From assembly GCA_964396245.1 (NCBI GenBank), contig CAYNEO010000011.1:410-64409 (forward strand): a DNA stretch of 64,000 bases, written 5' to 3'. The stretch comes from an uncultured Ignavibacteriales bacterium (GTDB lineage: Bacteria > Zixibacteria > MSB-5A5 > GN15 > FEB-12). This document shows, piece by piece, positions 39,066 through 49,373 of this stretch (positions are counted from its first letter, which is position 1; every line of letters begins with the position of its first letter). The notes beneath the pieces were generated by a model. The model had not been told where the DNA came from. It was given only the letters and a program-made list of their open reading frames with translations, and searched no databases. A program made the position numbers and the translations under genes.

Positions 39066-39458
39066 ATGACCGTGGGAAAACGAACGAGAATTCTTGTGCT
39101 GGATGACGAGCCGATAGTGGGCGAACGGCTCAAAGCCTCGCTTGAACGCGCCGGCTTTGAAGTGGATGCCCTGTCATCCAGTGTCGAGGCACTGGAGCAA
39201 CTGGCGGCACAGGCGTACGATATCCTGATTACCGATCTGAAGATGAGCGGCCCCGACGGCATGGACGTTTTGCGGGAAGCGCGCCGGAATCGCCCCGATA
39301 TCAAAGCCGTGGTCATCACCGGGTTTGCCACCACCGAGACGGCCGAGGAGGCGATACGAAGCGGCGCCGTGCATTTTATCGCCAAGCCGTTCAAGATGAG
39401 CCAGTTGAAAAGTTTGTTGCTGGAGCTTTCGGGAGTCAGGGATGATGCCGAGGGATGA
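39066..39458 (+). CDS. single-domain response regulator
   Basis: LDDE, ITDLKM, ITGF, KPF. Confidence 0.92.
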   Translation: MTVGKRTRILVLDDEPIVGERLKASLERAGFEVDALSSSVEALEQLAAQAYDILITDLKMSGPDGMDVLREARRNRPDIKAVVITGFATTETAEEAIRSGAVHFIAKPFKMSQLKSLLLELSGVRDDAEG

Positions 39459-39556
39459 TTCCGGCAGGGCAGGAGTGCAGCCAATGGAAAAGGAAAAGTC
39501 AGATAAGATCACAACCATTCGAGTAAGACACCTGTTTTGGAGTGAGTGAACGAGCA

Positions 39557-40489
39557 ATGTCAGACTTATATATCTACTTGCCTATTGCCAATGTCAGCGT
39601 GCACATTTTCGTGTTGCTCGGTCTCGGCCTGCTGGTCGGTTTCCTCTCCGGCCTGTTCGGAGTCGGCGGCGGGTTTCTGCTGACACCGCTATTAATGATG
39701 ATTGGCATTCCCCCGACGGTCGCGGCGGCATCCGACGCCAACCAGATTGTCGCGGCTTCAACCTCGGGCACTTTTGCGCACTGGCGCCTGGGAAACGTTG
39801 ACTTCAAGATGGGCCTGATACTGGTCGCCGGAGGCATCGTCGGGGGCACCCTCGGAGTTCAGCTCATCAAAGTACTCCGGGCGGCCGGTAATGCCGATTT
39901 TGTCATCAAGATCACCTACGTGGTCATGCTGGGCATTATCGGCTCATACATGTTTCAGGAGAGCCTGAAGAACCTGAGACCGCGCCCGCTACCGGGTATC
40001 GGGGTCATACCGCAGAAGAAATCCTGGTTCGGCGGTTGCTGTGAGTCGCTGCCGCTGAAGGTCAATTTCGAAAAATCCGGGATCACGCTGTCGATCTTCA
40101 TGCCGATCATACTCGGCACGCTGGTGGGTGTTCTTTCGGCGCTCATGGGCGTCGGCGGCGGCTTCATCATGGTGCCGGTCATGGTATACATGCTGCGAAT
40201 GCCGATGCACGTGGTTGTCGGGACGAGCCTGTTCCAAGTATTGTTTACCTGCATCAATGTCACGTTCATGCAATCCTACTACAACCACACGGTTGACCTG
40301 ATTCTCGCCGTGTTCCTGCTGGTCGGGTCGACAACCGGCGCCCAGCTTGGCGCCAGGGTCAGCAGCCGGCTGAAAGCCGATCAGCTGAAGATCATCCTGG
40401 CATCGATTGTTCTGCTGGTCATGATCAACATGGCGCTCGGTCTGATCCTCCACCCCGGCACGTTGCTCTCATACAAGGGAGGACACTGA
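39557..40489 (+). CDS. TauE/SafE (TSUP) family transporter
   Basis: GLFGVGGGFLLTP, GVGGGFIMVP, VVGTSL. Confidence 0.92.
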   Translation: MSDLYIYLPIANVSVHIFVLLGLGLLVGFLSGLFGVGGGFLLTPLLMMIGIPPTVAAASDANQIVAASTSGTFAHWRLGNVDFKMGLILVAGGIVGGTLGVQLIKVLRAAGNADFVIKITYVVMLGIIGSYMFQESLKNLRPRPLPGIGVIPQKKSWFGGCCESLPLKVNFEKSGITLSIFMPIILGTLVGVLSALMGVGGGFIMVPVMVYMLRMPMHVVVGTSLFQVLFTCINVTFMQSYYNHTVDLILAVFLLVGSTTGAQLGARVSSRLKADQLKIILASIVLLVMINMALGLILHPGTLLSYKGGH

Positions 40490-41265
40490 TGACCAGGATT
40501 TTGACATTGACGGCGCTGCTCTGTTTTCTGGGCGCCATGGTTGTCGCTGAACCTTCGCCGGAGGACAGCCTCGTGAAACTGTCACTTGACCCGGCGCAGA
40601 TCCACGTGAGCACATTCTACAAGGGCGCCGATATTCACGTTTCCGCAAAGGTCGGTGAGTGTGACGGTGCGGTGCTGCTTCTCACGGCAGGCGAAGAAGA
40701 AGAGACGCTGAATAGAAAAGGCCGGGTGGCCGGTATCTGGTTGAACGTGGCACAGGTCACGGTCAGTCATGTTCCCCGCATATATATCCTGGGAACGTCG
40801 GATAGGCTGGAGAATATTTGTTCGCCGGAAGTACAGAAGGAGTTCGGTCTCGGCGAGGAATCTCTTCGAGAACAGGTCCAATTCACCTGCGAAAAGCCGT
40901 TGACCGGTTCGGAGTTCGATGAATTTTTAAAGCTCAAGGTCGACAACGGTACTTATAACATGAATGTGAAAGTCGACCTCGTGCCTGCCGGTCCGGGTCA
41001 AAAGGAGTTGTCGGCGATGCTGCCTGTTCCGCCGACCGTTCCCCCGGGCACATACACGGTGCAGTTATATTGCTTCAAGGACGGCAAACCGGTAGAACGC
41101 GGCTCGGCACAGCTTTCGATAGTCCGGGTCGGGTTGGCGCGAGTGATGGCCTCACTTGCTGACAATGATCCGGCTGTTTACGGTGTAGTGGCCATTGTGG
41201 TGGCCATGATTGTGGGTATTGGAATGGGCCTTATATTCAGTTCACGGCCGGGGTCCGGGCACTAG
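40489..41265 (+). CDS. TIGR02186-like periplasmic protein with C-terminal TM anchor
   Basis: signal peptide, RKGRVAGIWLN, P..VPPGTYTV, C-terminal YG..A TM; TGATG overlap with TSUP. Confidence 0.8.
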   Translation: MTRILTLTALLCFLGAMVVAEPSPEDSLVKLSLDPAQIHVSTFYKGADIHVSAKVGECDGAVLLLTAGEEEETLNRKGRVAGIWLNVAQVTVSHVPRIYILGTSDRLENICSPEVQKEFGLGEESLREQVQFTCEKPLTGSEFDEFLKLKVDNGTYNMNVKVDLVPAGPGQKELSAMLPVPPTVPPGTYTVQLYCFKDGKPVERGSAQLSIVRVGLARVMASLADNDPAVYGVVAIVVAMIVGIGMGLIFSSRPGSGH

Positions 41266-41285
41266 ACCCGACATCCATCGTTACG

Positions 41286-41681
41286 GTGAGTAGAATGGAC
41301 GATCAATTGGAAATACTGGTTCTCGACGACGAGCCGATTGTCTGCGCGCGATTGAAGCCGGCGCTGGAAAAGGACGGCTATTATGTCGAGACTTTTACCG
41401 AGAGCACGAACGCGAAAAAGCGTCTCGAAGAACACCGCTTTGATATTGTCGTCACGGATCTGAAAATGGCCGATATCGACGGCATGCAGTTGTATCGGTT
41501 TATCAAGGAGAAGTGGCCGGAGACCAGGGTTATTATCATTTCCGGTTTTGCGACGGTAGAGATCACGCGCGAGGCTTTCCAGTCAGGCGTGCGTGATGTT
41601 ATCGCCAAGCCGTTCAAGATCAGCCAACTGAAAGACCTCATCGACCGGGTATCGTCGGAAATACGCAGCTCGCGCCAATGA
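41286..41681 (+). CDS. single-domain response regulator
   Basis: LDDE, VTDLKM, ISGF, KPF. Confidence 0.92.
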   Translation: MSRMDDQLEILVLDDEPIVCARLKPALEKDGYYVETFTESTNAKKRLEEHRFDIVVTDLKMADIDGMQLYRFIKEKWPETRVIIISGFATVEITREAFQSGVRDVIAKPFKISQLKDLIDRVSSEIRSSRQ

Positions 41682-41710
41682 GGCAAGATTACATCGCAGA
41701 GAGGTAAGGC

Positions 41711-42529
41711 ATGGCCATAATAACCATTTCACGGGGCACCATGAGCGGCGGCAAGAAACTGGCCGAAACGCTGGCTGAACGATTGGGGTATCGGTGCGTG
41801 AGCCGAGAGATCGTTATCAAGGCCGCCGATGATTACGGAGTGCCGGAAGGCAAACTTTTCGAGGCTATCCAGAAGTCTCCTTCGATTTTTCAGAAACTGA
41901 CCTTCGAGCGGGAATACTACCTCGCCTACATTCAGGCCAGTCTGTGCGAATACGCCAAGGACGGCAAGCTGATTTACCATGGAAATGCCGGCCATTTTCT
42001 GCTGGAGGGTGTTTCCCACGTCTTGCGGATTCGACTCGTCGCCGATATGCCGTACCGGATCAGGGCAGCCATGGAGCAGTTTCATCTGTCGGAAAAAGAA
42101 GCTATCAAGTATATCGACAAGGTCGACAAGGGACGAATGAAGTGGACCAATTTCCTGTATGGAAAGGACTGGCGGTCGCCCGAGCTTTATGATATCGTCT
42201 TCAATATCGATCGCACCGACCTTGACTTCGTGTGCGAGATGGTATCGCACGCCGTCAAGCAGCCTCAGTTTCAGGTGACGCCGGAGTCGACCAGGGCGAT
42301 GCATAATCTATTGACGGCCAGCAGGGTGAGAGCTTCGATAGCCTCGATTGGGAACGTCCGGCTCGACCGTCTCACTGTTGTCGCTGACGGCGCCGAAGTG
42401 ACCATTCACGGCCGCGTGAAAACACAGAAACTTCTGGATGCCATCCTCGAGACTGCCGAGTCGGTGCCCGAGGTGGACGTGGTCAAGAACGAAGTTCAGG
42501 TCGATTACCGCAGCTACGGCGTAGAATGA
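41711..42529 (+). CDS. cytidylate-kinase-like P-loop protein with C-terminal BON domain
   Basis: ITISRGTMSGG, YGKDW..PELYD; VTIHG.V...VP.V..V.NE. Confidence 0.88.
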   Translation: MAIITISRGTMSGGKKLAETLAERLGYRCVSREIVIKAADDYGVPEGKLFEAIQKSPSIFQKLTFEREYYLAYIQASLCEYAKDGKLIYHGNAGHFLLEGVSHVLRIRLVADMPYRIRAAMEQFHLSEKEAIKYIDKVDKGRMKWTNFLYGKDWRSPELYDIVFNIDRTDLDFVCEMVSHAVKQPQFQVTPESTRAMHNLLTASRVRASIASIGNVRLDRLTVVADGAEVTIHGRVKTQKLLDAILETAESVPEVDVVKNEVQVDYRSYGVE

Positions 42530-42553
42530 TCCAATCCGGAGGTACGGATTGTA

Positions 42554-45130
42554 GTGTTCGAGAAACTACTCAAATTCTTCCGTCGCCCTCAGGAAGCGGA
42601 CCTTGGTCAGTTCAAGGAACTATTCGAGCGATTCCAGCAGATTCTGAAAGGCAACAACCGTGTTCTCGAGATCATGTCCGAACTCGAGGACAAGCTCGGC
42701 GGGGAGTATATATTCGACATCAACTACCTGAAGAATGCAATTGATGAACTCTCCGAATCAGTATACTATGTCGTCTCCAACCTGAATGTGATCGCCGACA
42801 ACCGCTACGGTGACCTGCACTCCCGCCAGATAAGTATCCAGGAAGATTTGAAGAATATCCTCGAGGGGCGCCCGGTATGGTCGGGTAACCGCTTCCTTGT
42901 TGACTACGACGATCTGGATGCCGATATGGCCGATCTTGTCGGCGGGAAGAATGCAAACCTGGGAGAAATCAGGAATCATCTCGATGTTCTCACACCCGAC
43001 GGGTTTGTTATCACGAGCGCGGCATACCACCGGTTCATGGAACATAACGATCTCTGGCCGGAGATTCACCGGATACACGGCGCCTTTCCGGGGCAGGACG
43101 AGGGTGCGATCGAATCGTATGATCTCGCCATCAGCCGGCTATTTGACTCGGCCCGTGTCCCGGCCGATATCGGCCGCGGGATCGGCAGGCATCTGAGTTC
43201 GCTCCACAAGCGCCTGAAGTATACCGGCAGGGTGGCGGTTCGCTCCAGTGCTTCGGGCGAGGATTCATCGCGACAGAGTTTCGCCGGACAGTTCATGTCT
43301 GTTCTCAATCTCGATGACGAGAGTGTCTTACCGGCGTACATGCAGGTGGTTGCCAGCCGGTTTAAGCACGGTGTTGCGGTGTATGCAGGTGAGCGGGTGT
43401 TCCATGAGAATGAATTGCCGATGGCGGTGGGGGTTCAGCAAATGATCGCCGCTCGCACGGCCGGCGTGGCGTACTCGGTGGAGCCGTCGGGAGAATTCCC
43501 CGATTGCCTGGCGATCTCGGCCAGTTTCGGACTGGGCACGGTGGTGGTCGGCGGCACAATGGACACCGACTACTATCGCGTCTCGAGGCTTGACCTGAAT
43601 AACATAGTCTCGCGCCGTATCGGCCGCAAGATGACAAAGGTGGTTCCGTCGGAACCGCTCGGTGTTGCCAGTGTCGATGTTCCCGAGAATCAGCGCGAGA
43701 TTCCCTGCCTCACGGACGAGCAGGTGGTTCGGCTGGCGGAAACTGTGCTGATACTGGACCGGTATTTCAAGCGGCCGGTCGATCTCGAGTGGTGTTACGA
43801 TGAGCGTGGTGACCTGTATATTTTGCAGTGCCGACCGCTGCAATTGAAGCTTCAGCATAAGCCTCCCCAGAATCGCGTTCAGGCGCTGGCGAACATTCCG
43901 GTACTTATGCGCCGCCAGGGACAGATAGCTCAGCGTGGTATAGCGGCAGGCAGGGTGCGCGTGATCGACGAAGATGATAATGCGAGTGACTTTCCGGTCG
44001 GCGCTATTGCAGTCACCAGGTACACCACGCCGCGGCTGGCGGCAATCATTCGGCGGGCGGCAGCGATAATCACCGATGTCGGCAGTTCCACCGGTCATAT
44101 GGCTACCGTGGCACGGGAGTTCGGCGTGCCAATGATAGCCAATACGGGTAATGCCACGAGCGTGTTGGCCGAAGGGTCCGAGATCACGGTCGATGCCGAG
44201 GAAAATGTCATTTACGAGGGTGTCGTCAAAGAATTGCTGGCATACGAGGCGGAAGCCGAGGACGTATATCGGGATTTGAGGGAATATCACATTCTGCGTC
44301 AGTTATTGCGAAGGATCTCTCCCCTGCATCTGGTCGATCCCAACAATTCGGCGTTTACGGCCAGAAACTGCCGGACATACCATGATATCGTCCGGTTCAG
44401 TCACGAAAAAGCCGTCAAAATACTCATCAATCTCAATATGTCGTCGCGACGCTTTCGAGGAATTGAATCGAGGGAGCTCAAGCTCCAGATTCCGCTGGGG
44501 CTGCACGTCATTGATCTCGGCGGCGGATTGGCGCCGGACGTCGGGGCCCGAGCAATCAATTCGATTGACCTGGTTCGTTCTGCGCCGATGCGGGCTATAC
44601 TCAAGGGACTGACGGCCCCGGGCACGTGGAGCACACAGCCTATGCAGCTGGGCATCGGCGATATCATGACCAGCCTGACAAGGTACTCCATGACCGACCG
44701 CGGCGCTGCCTACCAGGGACAGAACCTGGCAGTCATTTCCGATAAGTACGCCAATATCAGCCTGAGGCTCGGGTATCACTTCAATGTGATCGATACGTAT
44801 CTCTCCGAGAATGTCGATGACAACTACATTTATTTCCGGTTTGTCGGCGGCGTCACCGAAAACGAGCGGCGGCATCTCCGGGCGATACTCATCAAAGCGA
44901 TTCTCGAGAAGTTTAATTTCAGGGTGACGGTGACCGGTGACCTTGTGGTCGCACGGCTTAAAAAGCTCGAATTCGGGGAAGCCCGGCGCGTGCTCGAGGA
45001 GATCGGAAGACTGATCGGTTTTACCCGTCAGCTTGACACGCAGATGCGAAGTGAACAATCAATAGCAGAGTGTTTCCGCGCCTTTTTCGAGGGATCCAAG
45101 CAGCCGGAGCAGGATCGGTCCGGAGACTGA
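42554..45130 (+). CDS. PEP synthase/PPDK-like protein (ATP-grasp plus phospho-His domain, no PEP-binding barrel)
   Basis: VGGKNANL, AVRSSA.GED...SFAGQ, DLEW, ILQCRP, GSSTGHMATVAREFGVP. Confidence 0.9.
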   Translation: MFEKLLKFFRRPQEADLGQFKELFERFQQILKGNNRVLEIMSELEDKLGGEYIFDINYLKNAIDELSESVYYVVSNLNVIADNRYGDLHSRQISIQEDLKNILEGRPVWSGNRFLVDYDDLDADMADLVGGKNANLGEIRNHLDVLTPDGFVITSAAYHRFMEHNDLWPEIHRIHGAFPGQDEGAIESYDLAISRLFDSARVPADIGRGIGRHLSSLHKRLKYTGRVAVRSSASGEDSSRQSFAGQFMSVLNLDDESVLPAYMQVVASRFKHGVAVYAGERVFHENELPMAVGVQQMIAARTAGVAYSVEPSGEFPDCLAISASFGLGTVVVGGTMDTDYYRVSRLDLNNIVSRRIGRKMTKVVPSEPLGVASVDVPENQREIPCLTDEQVVRLAETVLILDRYFKRPVDLEWCYDERGDLYILQCRPLQLKLQHKPPQNRVQALANIPVLMRRQGQIAQRGIAAGRVRVIDEDDNASDFPVGAIAVTRYTTPRLAAIIRRAAAIITDVGSSTGHMATVAREFGVPMIANTGNATSVLAEGSEITVDAEENVIYEGVVKELLAYEAEAEDVYRDLREYHILRQLLRRISPLHLVDPNNSAFTARNCRTYHDIVRFSHEKAVKILINLNMSSRRFRGIESRELKLQIPLGLHVIDLGGGLAPDVGARAINSIDLVRSAPMRAILKGLTAPGTWSTQPMQLGIGDIMTSLTRYSMTDRGAAYQGQNLAVISDKYANISLRLGYHFNVIDTYLSENVDDNYIYFRFVGGVTENERRHLRAILIKAILEKFNFRVTVTGDLVVARLKKLEFGEARRVLEEIGRLIGFTRQLDTQMRSEQSIAECFRAFFEGSKQPEQDRSGD

Positions 45131-45132
45131 TG

Positions 45133-46008
45133 TCAGAACCCGTATTCAATCCTGAGCGCCCGGCCTTTCCAGTATGGCAGGCTTTCGTTCGGAAGCTGCC
45201 ACTCCACGTGGCCATCCGTGGGGATCAGCATTCCCTCGTGTCTCTCATACTGCCCGAAGTAACCGGCCCACGGCGTTGGCTCGTATTTGCCGTTTACCTC
45301 GCGATATCTCTCCGGAGTGTAGACAGATTCAATTTCACCGGTACCGTTGAAACGGAACTCGAGTGAGACGGTGGTCCCTCCGTCGGTGAGCGTTGCCAGC
45401 GCCCGATGATCGTCAATGGGAGCCCAGATGAGATTTTCTGCCGGCAATAGTGCTGTCGGAAAATAGACCGTCTCCGCGAGATACCGCTGGAGAGCGCCGG
45501 CGTTCAACTCCGCCCGGTCATGCTGGTCAACGACGGGCAGAAGCCCGTATATGCTCGCCTGCATCGAAGCCTCAGCGGTAACGTAGGCATCGCGGACTCG
45601 GGCAGTTACTGCCGGCCCCATGCTTATATGGGCATCCCACACGAACCCCGGTGGCTGGACCGAATACCACTGGCGAGCGGTAAACGGCCCCCATTTATTT
45701 CCCGATGAGCCCACACGAAACTCCCCTTTCCATCGGATGTATGCGGAGCGAATTACCGGCCGGCCGTCGGTTAAGACCAGTCTCAGATATTTTGCAACCG
45801 GGGCGGGGAGTCGCGAAATGTCATCAAACGATACCGAGCTGCCCTTCGGGGATTGAGTCGAGACCGTCAGTTTGCTTTTCAACTGCGAACTGCGCCGGCT
45901 CCACCTGATTGATCCTGCCCACGCGATCAAAACCAGACCAAGGCTGGCAATGCCGATGCCGACAAGCGCCACTATCAACCACGGTGTCATAATCATGTAT
46001 CCGATCAC
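45133..46008 (-). CDS. DUF6544-like protein with N-terminal TM anchor
   Basis: LPAPV..YL, W.PF.A.Q, RYLAE...FPTAL; start uncertain. Confidence 0.7.
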   Translation of the reverse strand: MIGYMIMTPWLIVALVGIGIASLGLVLIAWAGSIRWSRRSSQLKSKLTVSTQSPKGSSVSFDDISRLPAPVAKYLRLVLTDGRPVIRSAYIRWKGEFRVGSSGNKWGPFTARQWYSVQPPGFVWDAHISMGPAVTARVRDAYVTAEASMQASIYGLLPVVDQHDRAELNAGALQRYLAETVYFPTALLPAENLIWAPIDDHRALATLTDGGTTVSLEFRFNGTGEIESVYTPERYREVNGKYEPTPWAGYFGQYERHEGMLIPTDGHVEWQLPNESLPYWKGRALRIEYGF

Positions 46009-46012
46009 AGGG

Positions 46013-46282
46013 TCAGGGATGTCGATTCTGGGCGATGATGGTCAAAATAAAAACCAGGATGCCTGCCAGCACGAGGACATAGCCGATGAACTGGATTTTA
46101 TCCGACCATCCGGGAAGCGGGCGCCTGAACAGGTATTTTGCGCGTATGAACGTGTAGCCCAGAAAAAGCAGGGCAAAAACAGCCGACACGGCGAACTCGC
46201 CGCGGAGAGCAAACGAGACGCCCACGAGCGCGAGGACCGACAGGACGGCGAATGGAATCCAGTGTGTTCTGGTACTGTCCAT
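46013..46282 (-). CDS. small hypothetical membrane protein (3 TM)
   Basis: hydrophobic 89 aa; GGAAGG upstream; 4 nt from the next gene. Confidence 0.6.
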   Translation of the reverse strand: MDSTRTHWIPFAVLSVLALVGVSFALRGEFAVSAVFALLFLGYTFIRAKYLFRRPLPGWSDKIQFIGYVLVLAGILVFILTIIAQNRHP

Positions 46283-46412
46283 TTGAGCGCACCTTCCGTG
46301 TTTACCATAAGCTATTACTGGCGAAGCACTCGTGCAACAATTATCATTGATGGTGAGCTGTGTTCACACAACCACTGCCGGATCCGTCAACAATGCAGAA
46401 GGAGGAATAGCC

Positions 46413-47132
46413 ATGAAATGGTTGCGCTGTTTGGCAGGATTCGCCGTTGCCTTGATGATGCCCGCAGGCGGCTCATATGCTCAGGAGCGATCCCCGGATA
46501 CCTCGGCCGCCGGATGGACGGAATCGTTTGACCTCGAGTCCTGCTCATTTTCGACAACGGGGCGCAACGCTTACTTCGTGCTCGAGCCCCGTTATCAGCT
46601 TGTCCTGGCCGGTGTTGAGGATGGTGATTCAGTCACGTTAGCCATTACAGTCTTGAGCGATACTCAGGAAGTTGACGGAGTTCAGACGCGAGTCGTGGAG
46701 GAAAGAGAAACCAGCGATGGAGAACTCATCGAGGTCTCGCGAAATTTTTTCGCGTTCTGTGAAGAGAACGGCAGCATTTTCTATTTCGGGGAGGATGTCG
46801 ACATTTACAAAGACGGTAAAATGGTGGGGCACGAGGGCGGCTGGCGAGCGGGAGAAAACGGTTTCCGCCCCGGGCTGATGATGCCGGGATTGGCTTTGAT
46901 TGGTGCTGCGTACTACCAGGAATTCGCACCCGGAACGGCCATGGACCGGGCCCGTATAATCAGTCTCGACAGCGTGCTGGAAACACCGGCCGGGCGATTC
47001 GAACACTGCCTGGTGACCGAAGAATCCTCTCCGCTGGAGCCGGGCTCACACGAGTTCAAGATTTACGCCCAAGGAATCGGCCTGATAAAGGACGAGTCGT
47101 TACTGCTGGTCCGGTACGGGACTTCCCGGTAA
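46413..47132 (+). CDS. secreted hypothetical protein
   Basis: GGAGG before ATG 46413; signal peptide; 3' end overlaps the convergent kinase by 33 bp. Confidence 0.8.
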   Translation: MKWLRCLAGFAVALMMPAGGSYAQERSPDTSAAGWTESFDLESCSFSTTGRNAYFVLEPRYQLVLAGVEDGDSVTLAITVLSDTQEVDGVQTRVVEERETSDGELIEVSRNFFAFCEENGSIFYFGEDVDIYKDGKMVGHEGGWRAGENGFRPGLMMPGLALIGAAYYQEFAPGTAMDRARIISLDSVLETPAGRFEHCLVTEESSPLEPGSHEFKIYAQGIGLIKDESLLLVRYGTSR

Positions 47133-49373
47133 ACCGAGAATGGCCAGTAAGTGGCCGAACTTCGGGTTAGCTCGCATCTTAGAGTAGTAAGGCATAACTG
47201 CCATGAGAATCAATTCGGCATCGCGGCGGCGGATTGACTCGTGGAGACAGGCTGCCGCGGAATCCTCGTCGCCTAGCATGAAATGCAGCGCCGCCAGATA
47301 AGGTTGAGAGACATATTCGTTCTGTTGGCGCGTCAACAACTGGTCTAGCGACTGGCTTGCAACAGCGGTATTACCCTCACCGGCGTGGACCAGAGACCAT
47401 AAGGTCAGACTCATAGCGCCGTCATCGGATACTTCACGGCTGCGCATGAGGTGCTTCAAGCCCTTCTCCCGATTACCCAGAGCGATGTGGCACCACCCGG
47501 TCAGGGCATACGTAAAATCGCTGGCAATCTCAAGTTCCTCGGCCCGTTCAAGGTATTCGAGCGCCTGCTGATACCGACAGCGGCGAACATAATGCCAACC
47601 GAACATCGTGAGCGCCACAACAGAAAGGGGATCGCGGTGAAGCGCCGTTTCGAGGTGGTGTTCGGCCTCATCCTGACGGCCGATGTATGTCAGAAGTTCA
47701 CCGAACCACTGATGCGCCGTAGCGTGGCCGGGGCTGAGTTCCAGGGCTCTTCGGAAAGCTTGCTCGGCGTCATCCCAGGCCCAATCATAGTACGTCAGTA
47801 GCCCGCCGAGAGTCGCATGGGCGTCGGCAAGATGGTCGTCAAGTTCCAGTGCGCGGTGCGCGGAGGTGCGCGCCCGGGCAATAGCGTCTCTCGGCGTCAT
47901 GTAATCGTAAGCAAATAGCAGGAAATACACGTCGGCCAATCCGGCCCGGGCGGGTGCATACTCGGGCGCCAGACTGATACTCTGTTGCAAGTGTTCCAGA
48001 GCCTTGCGGAATGAGTCGGCCGACCGATGATTCATTTCATACCGGGCCCGGCTGTATAATTCATATGCTTCGACAGGCACGTCGCGAGACGTCCGGCGTG
48101 TGGAACGCAATTTGTCCAGCTCCAGTTTCAACTTATCCACGATCGCGCGGGCGATGTCGTCCTGGATGGCGAAGATATCCGATAATTCCCGATCATACCG
48201 TTCCGACCACAGGTGATATCCGCTCGAGACCTCGATCAGCTGCGCGGTAATACGTACTCGCTGACCCGCTTTCCGTACACTTCCCTCAACCAGGTATGCC
48301 ACTCCGAGTTTTCGGCCGAGATCCCGAATATCCCCCTTGTGACCTTTGAAAGCAAAGGCGGAGGTCCGGGCCACAACGCGCAGACCGGGAACATGATTAA
48401 GATCGCTGATAATATCTTCAGCTATACCGTCGCAGAAGTATTCCTGGTCGGGGTCCGCACTAAGATTGACAAAAGGCAAGACCGCGACCGACGGTATCCG
48501 GGCATCCCGGTCACTTCCGGTCTCCCCTGCCCGAAGCAGCGCCACGAGTTCGTCGCGGACATCAGCCGCCGTCCGAAATCGATCAGCAGGATTTTTCTCA
48601 AGCAGCCTGATGATCAACGTACCCAGTCGAACCGGCAATTCAGAGCGGATGTTTCCCGGTGGTTCGGGTTGATCGTATGCGATAGCGTGCAGGGTAGCCG
48701 CCTCGCTTTCTCGTCGAAATGGGTTTCGGCCGGTAACCAACTCGTACAGAACGATTCCAAGAGAAAACAGATCACTGCGTGGATCGACTTCGTGGCCATT
48801 GACCTGTTCCGGAGACATATACCCGATGGTGCCGAGGGTTGAGCCTGTTTTGGTAAGATGTTCGCCCCCCCGGACTACGGCCAGGCCAAAGTCGACAATT
48901 CGCACCCTTCCTTGCGAGTCGATCAAAATATTGCCGGGTTTAATATCTCGGTGAACGATCCCCTTTGCGTGCGCCGCCTGTATTCCCTCGCAGAGCTGGA
49001 TCGCCAACTGAATGGTCTCTTCGAAACTCAGATTCTTCCCGGCAGCAACTTCTTGCAGCGACTGCCCTTCGACGTGCTCCATCACGAGAAACGGGCGGCC
49101 CTGATGATCGGCCACTTCGTGAATAGTCACGACATTGGGATGGGCGAGTTTGGCCGCCGCCCGGGCCTCGCGCAGAAACCGCAACCGCGAGTCCTCCTGT
49201 TGCGATAAGTGTCCGGAAAGCAGCTTAATCGCCACATGGCGCTCCAGACGGCTGTCCTTTGCCAGGTAAACTTCACCCATACCACCGGCGCCGAGCCTCT
49301 TGATAAGTCGATACCGGCCTATCTCGGAGCCAGGGGCAAGCGCCACAAATGATCTGGTAAGGTCCTCTTCCAT
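47100..49373 (-). CDS. Ser/Thr protein kinase with TolB-like domain and TPR repeats (paralog of 22021-24315)
   Basis: LGAGGMGEV, AIK, HRDIKPGN, DFG, YMSPEQ; SVAVLPF...YFCDG. Confidence 0.93.
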   Translation of the reverse strand: MEEDLTRSFVALAPGSEIGRYRLIKRLGAGGMGEVYLAKDSRLERHVAIKLLSGHLSQQEDSRLRFLREARAAAKLAHPNVVTIHEVADHQGRPFLVMEHVEGQSLQEVAAGKNLSFEETIQLAIQLCEGIQAAHAKGIVHRDIKPGNILIDSQGRVRIVDFGLAVVRGGEHLTKTGSTLGTIGYMSPEQVNGHEVDPRSDLFSLGIVLYELVTGRNPFRRESEAATLHAIAYDQPEPPGNIRSELPVRLGTLIIRLLEKNPADRFRTAADVRDELVALLRAGETGSDRDARIPSVAVLPFVNLSADPDQEYFCDGIAEDIISDLNHVPGLRVVARTSAFAFKGHKGDIRDLGRKLGVAYLVEGSVRKAGQRVRITAQLIEVSSGYHLWSERYDRELSDIFAIQDDIARAIVDKLKLELDKLRSTRRTSRDVPVEAYELYSRARYEMNHRSADSFRKALEHLQQSISLAPEYAPARAGLADVYFLLFAYDYMTPRDAIARARTSAHRALELDDHLADAHATLGGLLTYYDWAWDDAEQAFRRALELSPGHATAHQWFGELLTYIGRQDEAEHHLETALHRDPLSVVALTMFGWHYVRRCRYQQALEYLERAEELEIASDFTYALTGWCHIALGNREKGLKHLMRSREVSDDGAMSLTLWSLVHAGEGNTAVASQSLDQLLTRQQNEYVSQPYLAALHFMLGDEDSAAACLHESIRRRDAELILMAVMPYYSKMRANPKFGHLLAILGLPGSPVPDQQ

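Noticed and set aside
43328-45058. 320-aa and 251-aa minus-strand ORFs
   Set aside because: Antisense shadows of the PEP-synthase-like gene
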